Shown here: one piece after another, positions 12,178 through 23,072 of the stretch
How the letters are laid out: every line of letters begins with the position of its first letter
Position numbering within the stretch: position 1 is the stretch's first letter
Source: Vicinamibacteria bacterium
GTDB lineage: Bacteria; Acidobacteriota; Vicinamibacteria; Marinacidobacterales; Marinacidobacteraceae
NCBI GenBank assembly: GCA_963668695.2
Contig: CAXXLQ010000004.1
Location: forward strand, 672,001-736,000
Length of the DNA: 64,000 bases
Direction: 5' to 3'
Program-made: the position numbers and the translations under genes
The notes under the pieces: model-generated
The model's input: only the letters and a program-made list of their open reading frames with translations
The model's database searches: none
Told to the model about the DNA's origin: nothing

Positions 12178-13011
12178 CTACCTTCTCCGCTGGCGGCGGG
12201 AACGGACAATCATCGAGTCCGTTCGCTTGTTGTTGCGGGTCTTGTGCCCCTTGGTGGGAACACCCCAAGGACTCACGGGATGACGTCCCCCGGAACTCTT
12301 GCCCTCACCGCCTCCGTGAGGATGATCCACCGGGTTCATCGAGACTCCCCGGTTGTGTGGTCGCCGGCCAAGCCAGCGCTTCCGGCCGGCCTTCCCCAGC
12401 TTCACATTCTCGTGATCCACGTTGGACACCTGACCGATCGTGGCGTGACACTCACGCAGGACCCGGCGGACCTCGCCGGAAGGAAGGCGCACTTGTGCGT
12501 AAAGGCCCTCTTTGGCGACCAACTGCACGAACGCGCCGGCGCTACGGGCCATCTTGCCCCCACCGCCCGGTCGGAGTTCAACGTTGTGGATCGTGGCACC
12601 CAAGGGAATCCGCTCGATACGCAGCATGTTGCCCGGCATGATTTCGGCGCTGTCGCTTGCGACTACCAGATCGCCCAACTGCATTCCCACAGCGTGGAGG
12701 ATGTAACGCTTGTCTCCGTCCAGATAGTGGAGAAGCGCGATTCGGGCCGAGCGATTCGGGTCGTACTCGATGGATGCCACTCGCCCGGGAACTTCGGGCT
12801 TCGCGCGGCGAAAATCGATTTCGCGGTGGCGACGCTTGTGACCGCCTCCGCGGAATCGCATCGTAATCCGCCCGGCGCTGTTCCGGCCTCCACTCTGACT
12901 CTTGCCGCGGGTCAGCCGCTTCTCCGGTGTCGTGGTGGTGAGTTCTTCGAAAGTCTGGACGGTGTGGAACCGCCGCCCGGGAGAGGTCGGTCGGGACTTC
13001 TTGATGGCCAT
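12178..13011 (-). CDS. rplB: 50S ribosomal protein L2
   Basis: [26 protein letters not shown]; start ATG 13011. Confidence 0.98.
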   Translation of the reverse strand: MAIKKSRPTSPGRRFHTVQTFEELTTTTPEKRLTRGKSQSGGRNSAGRITMRFRGGGHKRRHREIDFRRAKPEVPGRVASIEYDPNRSARIALLHYLDGDKRYILHAVGMQLGDLVVASDSAEIMPGNMLRIERIPLGATIHNVELRPGGGGKMARSAGAFVQLVAKEGLYAQVRLPSGEVRRVLRECHATIGQVSNVDHENVKLGKAGRKRWLGRRPHNRGVSMNPVDHPHGGGEGKSSGGRHPVSPWGVPTKGHKTRNNKRTDSMIVRSRRQRRR

Positions 13012-13015
13012 CGCG

Positions 13016-13306
13016 CTAGACGCCCTTGAAGATCTCGATGGAATGACCCTGTTCAAGGGTCACGAACGCCTTTTTCCAATTCGGGCGCCGACCGACGAAA
13101 CGGCCCCATCGCTTGTTCTTGCCGATGAAGTTGGCAGTGCGCACATCCTTCACTTCCACCTCGAAGAGAAGCTGGACAGCGTGACGGATCTGAGCCTTGT
13201 TGGCCCTCCGGTCCACCCGAAAACAGACGACGTTCTGGGTCTCACGAAGACGCTCCGCCTTTTCGGTGGTCAGCGGTTCGAGGATCACGCGGTCGGCTTC
13301 CATCAT
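13016..13306 (-). CDS. rplW: 50S ribosomal protein L23
   Basis: [28 protein letters not shown]; ATGA overlap with the rplD stop. Confidence 0.96.
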   Translation of the reverse strand: MMEADRVILEPLTTEKAERLRETQNVVCFRVDRRANKAQIRHAVQLLFEVEVKDVRTANFIGKNKRWGRFVGRRPNWKKAFVTLEQGHSIEIFKGV

Positions 13307-14010
13307 CGGCTCCCTGTTTCGGACAGCTTCGCGGAAAGCGCGGCAAGCGCTGAACCCCTGATGAGCACGGTCTTCGCCTTGAGCACCTCGTAACAGTGGA
13401 GGGCGTTCACGGAAACAACCTCGACTGACTGCAGGTTCCTCGTCGACAGGTACAGGTCGTCCGAAGGCGCCGTCTCCACGATGAGCACGCGCGCTTTCTT
13501 CGAATTCCACCCCGAATCCCACTCGCCCAGGTGCCGAAGCACCGCTCGCGTAGAGGGACCCGCGAGGCCGAAGTCCTCGAAGATGTGCACCCGGCCTTCA
13601 CTGGCGCAAAGCGACAGAGCCGACCGAAGCGCGCCACGCTGCATGCGCCCCGGAAGGCGATAGCTGTAGTCCCGCGGCTGCGGTCCGAAGACGATCCCGC
13701 CGCCACGCCACAGCGGATTACGAGTGCTTCCAACCCGTGCGTTCCCGGTGCCCTTTTGTCGCCACGGTTTGCGGCCCCCGCCGGCGACGAGCCCGCGGGT
13801 CCGCGTTGCGTGGGTTCCGGCGCGCCGCCCGGCCATGTATTGACGCACGGCGTCGTAGTGGAGCCCTTGCTTCACCGGCGCGGCGAAAACGGCGGAGTCC
13901 AGCTCCACCTCGCTGCCTTCGGAACCACGGACAACCACGGGCGCGACACGCTGGCCCGAACCTTCGGACTCAGGTGCGCCCTCCGTCGGAAACGCCTTTT
14001 CCTCTGCCAC
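13303..14010 (-). CDS. rplD: 50S ribosomal protein L4
   Basis: [36 protein letters not shown]; start uncertain (GTG 14010 or 14016). Confidence 0.95.
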   Translation of the reverse strand: MAEEKAFPTEGAPESEGSGQRVAPVVVRGSEGSEVELDSAVFAAPVKQGLHYDAVRQYMAGRRAGTHATRTRGLVAGGGRKPWRQKGTGNARVGSTRNPLWRGGGIVFGPQPRDYSYRLPGRMQRGALRSALSLCASEGRVHIFEDFGLAGPSTRAVLRHLGEWDSGWNSKKARVLIVETAPSDDLYLSTRNLQSVEVVSVNALHCYEVLKAKTVLIRGSALAALSAKLSETGSR

Positions 14011-14042
14011 GGTCACTTTCGTTATTCCTGTTGCGTCCCTGG

Positions 14043-14675
14043 TCAGAACTTGCGAATTTCGACGGTCCCGCCGCGGGGACCCGGAACGGCGCCTCGAACT
14101 GCGACCAGGTTTTCTCGGGCATCGACCCGAACGATCCGAAGGTTGCGAACTGTCACCCGGTCCCGACCAAGCTGACCGGGAAGCCGGGTGCCCGGAAGTA
14201 CCCGGGAGGGGGTTGCACACATCCCGATGGCCCCCGGCGCCCGGTGGAACTTGGAACCGTGGGATTTCGGTCCACCATGGAAACCGTGGCGTTTCATGAC
14301 TCCGGCAAAGCCTTTGCCCTTGCTGACACCCGTGATCCGGACCAGATCGTTCGGCGAGAACACCTCGGCGCCGAGCCGGGAGCCGACCTGCAGATCCTCA
14401 CCCGAATCCGCCTGAAACTCTCGTAGTACCGACGCGGACGGCGCTCCGGCCGCTTCCAGCCGGGCCGCGAGAGCGCGGTTTCGACTCGGGCGGCTCCCCG
14501 GGCCCCTCAACCGCTCCAGCCCGACCTGCACCGCCTCGTACCCGTCCGCCGTAGCGGTCTTTTTCTGTACGACAACGCATGGTCCTATCCGAATCAGGGT
14601 GACGGGAATCACACGGCCGTCTTCTCCAAAATGCTGGGTCATCCCCAGCTTCGTCCCCAGTAGCCCCTTCATCAT
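14043..14675 (-). CDS. rplC: 50S ribosomal protein L3
   Basis: KLGMTQ.F, DGYEAVQVG, SKGKGFAGVMKRHGF. Confidence 0.98.
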   Translation of the reverse strand: MMKGLLGTKLGMTQHFGEDGRVIPVTLIRIGPCVVVQKKTATADGYEAVQVGLERLRGPGSRPSRNRALAARLEAAGAPSASVLREFQADSGEDLQVGSRLGAEVFSPNDLVRITGVSKGKGFAGVMKRHGFHGGPKSHGSKFHRAPGAIGMCATPSRVLPGTRLPGQLGRDRVTVRNLRIVRVDARENLVAVRGAVPGPRGGTVEIRKF

Positions 14676-14714
14676 TCTTTCCTCTACGTATCCCCGACTT
14701 TTGTTTCCCGTTCC

Positions 14715-15047
14715 CTACTTGGCCTGCGGCTCGTCCGCAATCATCGCCTTGATCTCGACATGCACGCCCGCTGGAAGATCGAGACGGGACAACGCATCCA
14801 CCGTGGTCGGCGTGGATCCCAGAATGTCCAGAAGCCGCTTGTGCGTGCGGAGTTCAAACTGCTCCCGGGACTTCTTGTCCACGTGCGGGGAGCGGAGCAC
14901 CGTGTAGCGGTTCTTCACCGTCGGCAACGGAATCGGACCGGCCACCGTGGCGCCGGTCCTCTTCGCGGTCTCCACGATCTCACTCGTGGATTGATCCAGC
15001 AGACGGTGATCGAACGCCTTCAGTCGGATACGGATTTTTTCGTTCAT
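14715..15047 (-). CDS. rpsJ: 30S ribosomal protein S10
   Basis: [35 protein letters not shown]. Confidence 0.98.
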   Translation of the reverse strand: MNEKIRIRLKAFDHRLLDQSTSEIVETAKRTGATVAGPIPLPTVKNRYTVLRSPHVDKKSREQFELRTHKRLLDILGSTPTTVDALSRLDLPAGVHVEIKAMIADEPQAK

Positions 15048-15090
15048 CGGTTGAAACCCTTGTCCTCGTCAGGCGTCCTCATGCGGTTTG

Positions 15091-17163
15091 TCAGGCGCTC
15101 GCCATGACTTCCGCCATGACGCTCTCCGGGGCTTCCTCATAGGATCCGAAGTGCATCGTGTACGTTGCGCGCCCCTGTGTAGCCGAACGAATGTCCGTCG
15201 CGTAACCGAACATCCCGGCAAGCGGCACCCTAGCCTCGACCACCTGAGCGTTCCCCCGCATCGAGAGACCGCTGATGCGGGCACGCCGCGAATTCAGGTC
15301 ACCCATCACCTCTCCGGTGAAGGCGTCCGGAGTCACGACCTCCACCTTCATCACCGGTTCGAGGATCACGGGGGAGCAGCGGCGCAGCGCCTCCTTGACG
15401 GCCATGGATCCGGCGATTCGGAAGGCAATCTCGGAGCTGTCCACGGTGTGGAAGGTGCCGTCATACAAGCGCACCGTCACGCCGGTCACCGGATAGCCGG
15501 CAAGCGGCCCTGCCGCCAAGGCGTCGCGCGCTCCCTCTTCCACCGCCGGAATGTACTCCCGCGGTATCGAACCGCGGGCGATGTCATTGATGAACTCGAA
15601 CGACTCGACGGGATTCGGAAACACCTCGATCTTCACGTGACCGTACTGACCCCGGCCGCCTGTCTGCCGGACATACCGCCCTTCGGACTTCCTCGTGGTC
15701 CGGATGGTTTCTCGATACGCCACCCGGGGTTGACCCACGACCGCACCCACCTGAAACTCGCGAAGCAACCGATCCACGATGACCTCCAGGTGCAGTTCCC
15801 CCATGCCGCTGATGAGGGTCTGCGCCGTTTCGGCGTCCGTCGTCACCCGGAAGGTGGGGTCTTCGTGCGTCAGTTTCCCGAGAGCGCCGGCGAGCTTTTC
15901 CTGATCGGCCTTCGTTGCCGGCTCGATGACCCGGGAAATGACCGGCTCAGGGAACTCCATCGCTTCGAGAACGACGGGGGCCTTGGGAGCGCAAATCGTG
16001 TCCCCGGTTCTCGCGTTTCTGAGACCGACCACGGCCGCGATATCCCCCGCATAGACCTCGCGAATTTCCTCGCGCTTGTTGGCGTGGATCTTGAGGAGCC
16101 GGCCTACGCGCGACCGGACCGAACGGGTGGAGTTGAGCATCATGTCACCCGTCCTGAGCACCCCCGAATAGACCCGGAAGAACGAGAGCTGGCCGACGAA
16201 CGGGTCCGCCATGACCTTGAAGACGAGCGCGGCAAACGGCGCGTCGTCTCTCGCGTCCCGAACGGTTGGGGTGGGGTCCGTGACGGAGGCGATGCCGGTG
16301 ATCGACGGGACATCGGTAGGGGCGGGAAGATAGGAGATGACGGCATCCAGCAGAGGCTGCACGCCCTTGTTGCGGAAGGCCGACCCGCACAGGACCGGAA
16401 CGAGTTGAAGGGTGACGGTCGAACGGCGAAGCGCGGCTTCGCACTCCTCAGCAGTCAGGTCGCCGTTCTGATCCCAGGCCTCAAGCGCCTCCAGATCGCA
16501 TTCACAGATCTTTTCGATCAGCGCTTCCCGAGCCAAACGCGCTTCCTCCTCGCGCTCCGGAGCGATTTCGGTTTCCTCGTACCGGGCACCGAGAACATCC
16601 CCGTGATAGCGAAACTCCCTCATCCGAACGAGGTCCATCACTCCTCCGAAGGTGTCTTCCGCTCCGATCGGGAGCTGAATCGCTCCGGCCCGGGCCCCGA
16701 GGCGGTCCTCGATCATGGCCACGACCCGCTTGAAGTCGGCTCCCGCCCGATCCATCTTGTTCACGAAGGCGATGCGAGGCACGCCGTACTTGTCGGCCTG
16801 CCGCCAGACCGCCTCCGACTGCGGCTCTACCCCGGCGACTGCGCAAAACACCGCCACCGCGCCATCGAGGACGCGGAGGGATCGCTCCACCTCGGCAGTG
16901 AAGTCCACGTGTCCCGGCGTATCGATGATGTTGACTCGATGGCCCTTCCAAAAACAGGTCGTGGCGGCCGACGTGATCGTGATGCCGCGCTCCTGCTCCT
17001 GCTCCATCCAATCCATCGTCGCGGTTCCTTCATGCACCTCACCGAGCTTGTAGGTAACGCCCGTGTAGTAGAGGATCCGTTCGGTAGTAGTCGTCTTCCC
17101 CGCGTCAATGTGCGCCATGATCCCGATGTTGCGGGTATCGGCGAGAGCGACTTTGCGGGGCAT
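15091..17163 (-). CDS. fusA: Elongation factor G
   Basis: [34 protein letters not shown]. Confidence 0.98.
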   Translation of the reverse strand: MPRKVALADTRNIGIMAHIDAGKTTTTERILYYTGVTYKLGEVHEGTATMDWMEQEQERGITITSAATTCFWKGHRVNIIDTPGHVDFTAEVERSLRVLDGAVAVFCAVAGVEPQSEAVWRQADKYGVPRIAFVNKMDRAGADFKRVVAMIEDRLGARAGAIQLPIGAEDTFGGVMDLVRMREFRYHGDVLGARYEETEIAPEREEEARLAREALIEKICECDLEALEAWDQNGDLTAEECEAALRRSTVTLQLVPVLCGSAFRNKGVQPLLDAVISYLPAPTDVPSITGIASVTDPTPTVRDARDDAPFAALVFKVMADPFVGQLSFFRVYSGVLRTGDMMLNSTRSVRSRVGRLLKIHANKREEIREVYAGDIAAVVGLRNARTGDTICAPKAPVVLEAMEFPEPVISRVIEPATKADQEKLAGALGKLTHEDPTFRVTTDAETAQTLISGMGELHLEVIVDRLLREFQVGAVVGQPRVAYRETIRTTRKSEGRYVRQTGGRGQYGHVKIEVFPNPVESFEFINDIARGSIPREYIPAVEEGARDALAAGPLAGYPVTGVTVRLYDGTFHTVDSSEIAFRIAGSMAVKEALRRCSPVILEPVMKVEVVTPDAFTGEVMGDLNSRRARISGLSMRGNAQVVEARVPLAGMFGYATDIRSATQGRATYTMHFGSYEEAPESVMAEVMASA

Positions 17164-17225
17164 GAGAACTAAAGGGCGGAGTGTGGAATACGTCGGTTGA
17201 CAGTGTGATTACCAGCGGTGGGTGA

Positions 17226-17696
17226 CTACCAGCGGTGGTGTGCGAATGCCTTGTTGGCTTCCGCCATCTTGTGGGTGTCTTCGCGCTTCTTGATGGCGCC
17301 ACCCCGATTCTGGGAAGCATCGAGCAACTCACCGGCGAGTTTTTCCGCCATCGTTTTCTCGGGACGCCTCCGCGCATATCCGACGATCCAGCGCAGGGAC
17401 AACGTAGTCCGCCGCTCGGGACGGACTTCGTAGGGAACCTGGACATTGGCGCCTCCCTTGCGGCGACTCTTCACCTCAAGGGTCGGCTTGACGTTCTGGA
17501 CAGCCTCGCGGAAGGTGGTCAGCGGCTCACCGTTCGTCTTGTCGCGGATCCGGTCGAAAGCGCCGTACACGATCGATTCCGCAGTGGACTTCTTCCCGTC
17601 CAGCATCACCTTGTTGATGAAGGATGAGACGAGAACGCTCTGGTAGCGGGCATCCGGCGCGGGTTGCCGCTTCGGCACATCACGGCGTCTGGACAT
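17226..17696 (-). CDS. rpsG: 30S ribosomal protein S7
   Basis: [32 protein letters not shown]. Confidence 0.98.
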   Translation of the reverse strand: MSRRRDVPKRQPAPDARYQSVLVSSFINKVMLDGKKSTAESIVYGAFDRIRDKTNGEPLTTFREAVQNVKPTLEVKSRRKGGANVQVPYEVRPERRTTLSLRWIVGYARRRPEKTMAEKLAGELLDASQNRGGAIKKREDTHKMAEANKAFAHHRW

Positions 17697-17744
17697 CGTC
17701 TCTTGCTCCGAATTCGTCTCTGTTGTAGAGCCTGGCTCCGTACG

Positions 17745-18119
17745 TCAGCTCTTTGGCTTCTTGGTTCCGTACTTGGACCGGCCGTTCTTTCGCCCGTCCA
17801 CCCCACCGGCATCGAGGGCCCCCCGGATTACGTGGTACCGCACACCCGGGAGGTCCTTGACCCGGCCACCGCGTAGAAGCACGATGGAGTGCTCCTGCAG
17901 GGAGTGACCAACGCCAGGGATGTAGGTCGTGACCTCGATCCCGTTGGTAAGCCGCACTCGAGCGACCTTTCTCAGGGCCGAGTTCGGCTTCTTGGGATTG
18001 ATGGTGAAGACCCGAACACACACTCCCCGCCGCTGCGGACACCGCTGAAGCGCGGGGGAATCGGTGGACGGAGCCATCCGTTTCCGTCCGTGGCGGACAA
18101 GCTGATGAATCGTGGGCAT
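17745..18119 (-). CDS. rpsL: 30S ribosomal protein S12
   Basis: [31 protein letters not shown]; start ATG 18119. Confidence 0.98.
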   Translation of the reverse strand: MPTIHQLVRHGRKRMAPSTDSPALQRCPQRRGVCVRVFTINPKKPNSALRKVARVRLTNGIEVTTYIPGVGHSLQEHSIVLLRGGRVKDLPGVRYHVIRGALDAGGVDGRKNGRSKYGTKKPKS

Positions 18120-18295
18120 GGGGAATTGGATCCGGATTTCAAGAATGCTGGCCCCCCGCAGGGGAAGGGAACTAGGACGTGCACCGCCCACCCGTCAGGG
18201 CTCGAAAATGAACGATCGGCGGCTGTCTCCCGAGGGGAAACGCTGACGTCCGCGACGCTCGAAGGAATGCGTTTTGGGCGCGGAGCGGACGGAGG

Positions 18296-18325
18296 ATTTT
18301 ACGCGCTGGAACGGACTCCTGTCAA
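18296..18325 (-). promoter_or_regulatory. Sigma70-type promoter for rpsL and downstream ribosomal protein genes
   Basis: Minus strand TTGACA-18 nt-TAAAAT about 175 bp upstream of rpsL. Confidence 0.75.
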
Positions 18326-18479
18326 ATCATGGAAACGCGCAGTAGCCGCCGCTATGGGTGCCCGAACAGCCCGCCGGGAACGGATCGGAAGACGGGCTCC
18401 GGGCCGAATGCGCCACCCGCCGGAATTGCCGCCGAGGCCGGTCCCCAGTGGGTTTTCCTGGCGGCGGCCGGAACCCGGA

Positions 18480-18705
18480 TAGCAGCCTGTGGACAAAGTG
18501 GCGTGAGCGCCGAGAGCGGCCAGTTCTCCCGGTGGGGGCGAGGCGCCCGGCTGACAAGGCGCGCGACGGAGGAATACCCAGTGTATTTCGACCGAAGCGC
18601 CAAGCACCGCGGAGACCCCGGAGCGAGAGGGATGGGGGACGGGAACACCCGGCCCCGGTCCCTCTTGAGCCGGGAGTGCCGCGGGACTTTGTCCACCGGC
18701 TGCTA
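18480..18705 (+). mobile_element. Palindromic dispersed element, copy B (abuts the rpoC stop)
   Basis: Ends TAGCAGCCTGTGGACAAAGT / ACTTTGTCCACCGGCTGCTA; shared core; divergent 3' arm. Confidence 0.85.
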
Positions 18706-21700
18706 ATGCACTTCTTCGGCCAGTTCGGCCGCCTGGTTGGCGTCTCGCTGAAGCATGGCCTGGCGATGCGCGTCGATCTCCTCCGGCAGTACGAAACGCC
18801 GATGCTCCGCGAGCCCGGTGCCCGCAGGAATCAGCCGACCCATGATCACGTTTTCCTTGAGCCCGCGGAGGTAGTCCACCTTGCCCATGAGCGACGCCTC
18901 CGTGAGGACCTTGGTGGTCTCCTGGAACGATGCGGCGGAGATGAAGCTGTCGGTCGCGAGCGACGCCTTGGTGAGGCCGAGCAGCGTCGGTTCTCCCTGA
19001 GCCGGCTGCCCCTCTTCCGCCAGAGCTTTCCGGTTCGCCTGGGCGAACTCATACCGATCCACCGTCGAATCAACGATCAGATCCGTGTCTCCGACGTCAG
19101 TAACCCGTACCCAGCGCATCATCCGGCTGATGATCACCTCGATGTGCTTGTCGTCGATCACGACACCCTGCAACCGGTAGACCTCCTGGATCTCGTGGAC
19201 CAGATAGCGTTGAAGCTCCCCTTCACCCAGAACCCGAAGAATGTCGTGCGGATTCCGCGGCCCGTCCATGAGCGGATCGCCGGCCCGCACTTCCTCATTC
19301 TCCCGAACGCTGATGTGGACTCCTCGTGGCACCTCGTATTCCCGAACATCGTCGGTAACCTGCGAGGTCACGGTGATCACCCGCTTCCCCTTGCGAACAT
19401 CGCCGTAATGCAACCGGCCATCGATCTCGCTGATGAGAGCGGGCGCCTTGGGCGCCCGAGCTTCGAAAAGCTCCACGACGCGCGGCAGGCCTCCGGTGAT
19501 GTCCTTTGTCTTGGTGGTCTCCCTCGGGATCTTGGCGAGAACGTCGCCCGGGCGAACGGCGTCGCCCTCCTTGACCTCAAGGTGGGCACGCGAAGGCATG
19601 AGGTAGGTCCGGGGATCTTCCCCCGCAGCACCATGGACCTCGATGCGCGGCTCGAGGCGGTCGTCCTGTGACTCGATGATCACCGGCTGCGACCGGAAGG
19701 TGACGTTGTCCACCTCCTGAATCATCGTCACGTCCGCGACGATGTCGCGGAAATGAACTGCCCCCTCTTGCTCGGCGAGAATCGAGAAGCTGTACGGATC
19801 CCATTCGACGATCACCTGGCCGGAGCTGACGGAGCTGCCGGGCGCCACCTTGATGCGGGCACCGTAGACCACCGGGTGGCTTTCGAGAACACGGCCGTCG
19901 CCGTCTCCCACTTCCACGGTACCGGCGCGGTTGATGACCACCCGATTGCCGTGCCGATCCGATACGGTCCGCAGATTCTCCGAGAACTGCAGGACGCCGT
20001 CGTGGTGCGCCTCAAGGGCGGAATTCTCGAAGACGCTCGCCGTCCCGCCGATGTGGAACGTCCGCATGGTCAGTTGCGTTCCGGGTTCTCCGATGGATTG
20101 CGCGGCGATGATGCCTACCGCCTGCCCAAGATCGACCAGCCGGCCGGTCGCGAGGTTGCGCCCATAGCACATGGCGCAGACGCCTCGCCGTGCATCACAG
20201 GTGAGGACCGACCGAATCTTGACGCGGGCCACGCCCGAGCCTTCGATCGCGGTTGCGATGTCCTCCGAGATCTCCTCACCAGCGTCCACGATGCGGTCCC
20301 CACGGAAATCTTTCACCGCTTCAAGGCTGACCCGCCCCACGATCCGGTCCCGGAGCGGCTCGATGACCTCTCCCGCCTCGATGATCGGCTCGGCGTAGAT
20401 ACCCCGGAGCGTCCCACAATCGCGCAGGGTGACGATGACGTCCTGAGCCACGTCGGCAAGCCTGCGTGTGAGGTAACCGGCGTCCGCGGTCCGGAGCGCC
20501 GTATCCGCGAGTCCTTTCCGTGCTCCGTTGGTCGAGATGAAGTACTGGATGACGCTGAGCCCCTCACGGAAGTTGCTGGTGATCGGCGTCTCGATGATTT
20601 CTCCCGACGTCTTGGCCATCAGTCCGCGCATCCCGGCGAGCTGCCGGATCTGCTTTTCGCTGCCGCGGGCGCCGGAGTCCACCATCATGAACACCGGACT
20701 GAACTGTCCGGTCTCCCGCTCCCGGGCCTGCATGGTCTTCATCATGTCCTCGGCCACCTTGTTTGTGGCATTCGACCAGACATCGATGACCTTGTTGTAT
20801 CGCTCTCCCTGCGTGATCGCGCCCTGCTGGTACTGCTCGTCGACCCGGCCCACCTCCTCCTTGGCCTCCTCGACCAGGCGCGCCTTGTTCGGCGGAACCA
20901 CGAGATCACCGAGTCCTATGGACGTTCCGCTCCGCGTCGCGTACTCGAAGCCAACATCCTTCAGGGCATCGAGGACGTCCGCAGTGCCTTCGAGGCCGTA
21001 CTGCTTGTAGACGAGACGAACCAGGCTCTGAACGCCCTTCTTCTTCAGCACCCCGTTCACAAACGGCAGATCTGCGGGAAGGCGGTCGTTCAGGATCACC
21101 CTTCCTACGGTCGTTTCGATCCGCTTCCCGTCAACGCTGGCAACCTTCACCCGGCGCAAGTCCTGACTGTCATGCGTTTCGAGGATTTCTCCAGTGAACC
21201 GCAGCTGGATCGGCGTCAGCGTAGAAACCTGGTCAAACTCGTGAGCGATCAGCACTTCCTCGGCCGAGGCGAAGCTCTGCTTCACCTCCGGCGGAACGAC
21301 CTGCGGCTTCGTCAGGTAGTAGATGCCGAGAACCATGTCCTGAGTGGGAACAGCCAGCGGCCCGCCATGTGCCGGCGAAAGAATGTTCCGGGAGGATCGC
21401 ATCAGCAACGCCGCTTCCACCTGCGCCTCCGGACTCAGAGGAACGTGGACTGCCATCTGGTCGCCATCGAAATCGGCGTTGAAGGCACTGCAGACCAACG
21501 GATGAATGCGGAGCGCCTTCCCCTCGACCAGGACCGGCTCAAAGGCCTGGATCCCAAGCCGGTGGAGAGTCGGAGCACGATTCAGCAGCACGGAATGCTC
21601 GCTGATGACCTCTTCGAGATAGTCCCAGACCTCGGGGCGCTGCTCCTCCACAAGCTCGCGTGCCTGCTTGATCGTCGCCGCGAGGCCCTCATGCTCCAAC

Positions 21701-23043
21701 CTGTTGAAGAGGAAGGGCTTGAACAGCTCCAGCGCCATTTTCTTGGGAAGGCCGCACTGATGGAGCTTCAGCTCCGGCCCGACCACGATGACCGATCGAC
21801 CCGAGTAGTCCACCCGCTTCCCGAGGAGGTTCTGGCGGAACCGGCCCTGCTTTCCTTTGAGGGTGTCGGATAGCGATTTCAGCGGCCGATTGTTCGTTCC
21901 CTTGAGGACTCGTCCCCGGCGACCGTTGTCGAACAGCGCGTCCACAGCCTCCTGCAACATGCGCTGCTCGTTCCTCACGATCACGTCGGGCGCGCGGAGC
22001 TCGAGAAGCCGGCGAAGGCGATTGTTGCGGTTGATGACCTTCCGGTAGAGCTCGTTGAGATCACTCGTCGCGAAGCGTCCACCATCCAGAGGAACAAGCG
22101 GACGGAGATCCGGCGGAATCACCGGGATGACGTCCATGACCATCCATTCCGGCAGGTTGCCTGACTTGCGGAAGGCGTCCACCACCTTCAGCCTTTTCGC
22201 AGCCTTGGTTCGCTTCTGGATGGAACGCTCGTGCCGCATAGCGTGGCGCAACTCGACGGCCAGACTCTCGAGATCCGCTTCATGAAGCAGGCGCTTCGCC
22301 GCGCCCGCGCCCATTCCGGCGCTGTAGGTGCGCCCCGGGCGCTTCAGTTTCTCGCGGAACTCATTGTCGGTGCGACCAAAGAGCCGCTTCAGCAGGCGAT
22401 CCTGATCTTCCGTGACCACCTGGCCCTTGCGCAGGGTCCCGAGTCTGATATTTCCGACGGTGCAACCATCGTCTCCCTCGTCGAATGAGAATGCGAAGAG
22501 CTGCTGCAGGAGCTGGACCTCATCCAGCGTCAGGGACATCGCCTTCTCCTTGAGGAGCGAGATGTCAACGTCTCCGGGATCCAGGACTATGTACGACTCG
22601 TAATAGAGAACCCTCTCGAGCTCCCGAGGCGTCAGGTCCAGGACCTGTCCGATGCGGCTCGGCGGAACCTTGAAGAACCAGACATGGGACACGGGGCAAG
22701 CCAGTCCGATGTGTCCGAGGCGACTTCGACGAACCGACGCCTGCGTAACTTCCACTCCGCACTTGTCGCAGACGACTCCCCGGTGCTTCATGCGCTTGTA
22801 CTTGCCGCACAGGCATTCCCAATCGCTGATGGGACCGAAGATCTGAGCGCAGAACAGTCCGCCCCGTTCCGGTTTCAGAGTGCGGTAGTTGATGGTCTCC
22901 GCTTTCGTGACCTCACCATGTGACCAGGCTCTGATCTTCTCTGGAGACGCGATCGAGATCTTGATGGCGTCGAAATCAGAGCTGAAGGTTTCCCTCTCTT
23001 CAAGGTCCGGGAAGACTCCGGCGGTTTCCCTGGTTGTCTGCAT
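18703..23043 (-). CDS. rpoC: RNA polymerase beta' subunit
   Basis: CLCGKYK...CDKC zinc finger, [25 protein letters not shown]. Confidence 0.99.
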   Translation of the reverse strand: MQTTRETAGVFPDLEERETFSSDFDAIKISIASPEKIRAWSHGEVTKAETINYRTLKPERGGLFCAQIFGPISDWECLCGKYKRMKHRGVVCDKCGVEVTQASVRRSRLGHIGLACPVSHVWFFKVPPSRIGQVLDLTPRELERVLYYESYIVLDPGDVDISLLKEKAMSLTLDEVQLLQQLFAFSFDEGDDGCTVGNIRLGTLRKGQVVTEDQDRLLKRLFGRTDNEFREKLKRPGRTYSAGMGAGAAKRLLHEADLESLAVELRHAMRHERSIQKRTKAAKRLKVVDAFRKSGNLPEWMVMDVIPVIPPDLRPLVPLDGGRFATSDLNELYRKVINRNNRLRRLLELRAPDVIVRNEQRMLQEAVDALFDNGRRGRVLKGTNNRPLKSLSDTLKGKQGRFRQNLLGKRVDYSGRSVIVVGPELKLHQCGLPKKMALELFKPFLFNRLEHEGLAATIKQARELVEEQRPEVWDYLEEVISEHSVLLNRAPTLHRLGIQAFEPVLVEGKALRIHPLVCSAFNADFDGDQMAVHVPLSPEAQVEAALLMRSSRNILSPAHGGPLAVPTQDMVLGIYYLTKPQVVPPEVKQSFASAEEVLIAHEFDQVSTLTPIQLRFTGEILETHDSQDLRRVKVASVDGKRIETTVGRVILNDRLPADLPFVNGVLKKKGVQSLVRLVYKQYGLEGTADVLDALKDVGFEYATRSGTSIGLGDLVVPPNKARLVEEAKEEVGRVDEQYQQGAITQGERYNKVIDVWSNATNKVAEDMMKTMQARERETGQFSPVFMMVDSGARGSEKQIRQLAGMRGLMAKTSGEIIETPITSNFREGLSVIQYFISTNGARKGLADTALRTADAGYLTRRLADVAQDVIVTLRDCGTLRGIYAEPIIEAGEVIEPLRDRIVGRVSLEAVKDFRGDRIVDAGEEISEDIATAIEGSGVARVKIRSVLTCDARRGVCAMCYGRNLATGRLVDLGQAVGIIAAQSIGEPGTQLTMRTFHIGGTASVFENSALEAHHDGVLQFSENLRTVSDRHGNRVVINRAGTVEVGDGDGRVLESHPVVYGARIKVAPGSSVSSGQVIVEWDPYSFSILAEQEGAVHFRDIVADVTMIQEVDNVTFRSQPVIIESQDDRLEPRIEVHGAAGEDPRTYLMPSRAHLEVKEGDAVRPGDVLAKIPRETTKTKDITGGLPRVVELFEARAPKAPALISEIDGRLHYGDVRKGKRVITVTSQVTDDVREYEVPRGVHISVRENEEVRAGDPLMDGPRNPHDILRVLGEGELQRYLVHEIQEVYRLQGVVIDDKHIEVIISRMMRWVRVTDVGDTDLIVDSTVDRYEFAQANRKALAEEGQPAQGEPTLLGLTKASLATDSFISAASFQETTKVLTEASLMGKVDYLRGLKENVIMGRLIPAGTGLAEHRRFVLPEEIDAHRQAMLQRDANQAAELAEEVH

Positions 23044-23072
23044 TTCGTCCCTCTCGATTGTTAGCTGGCCGA

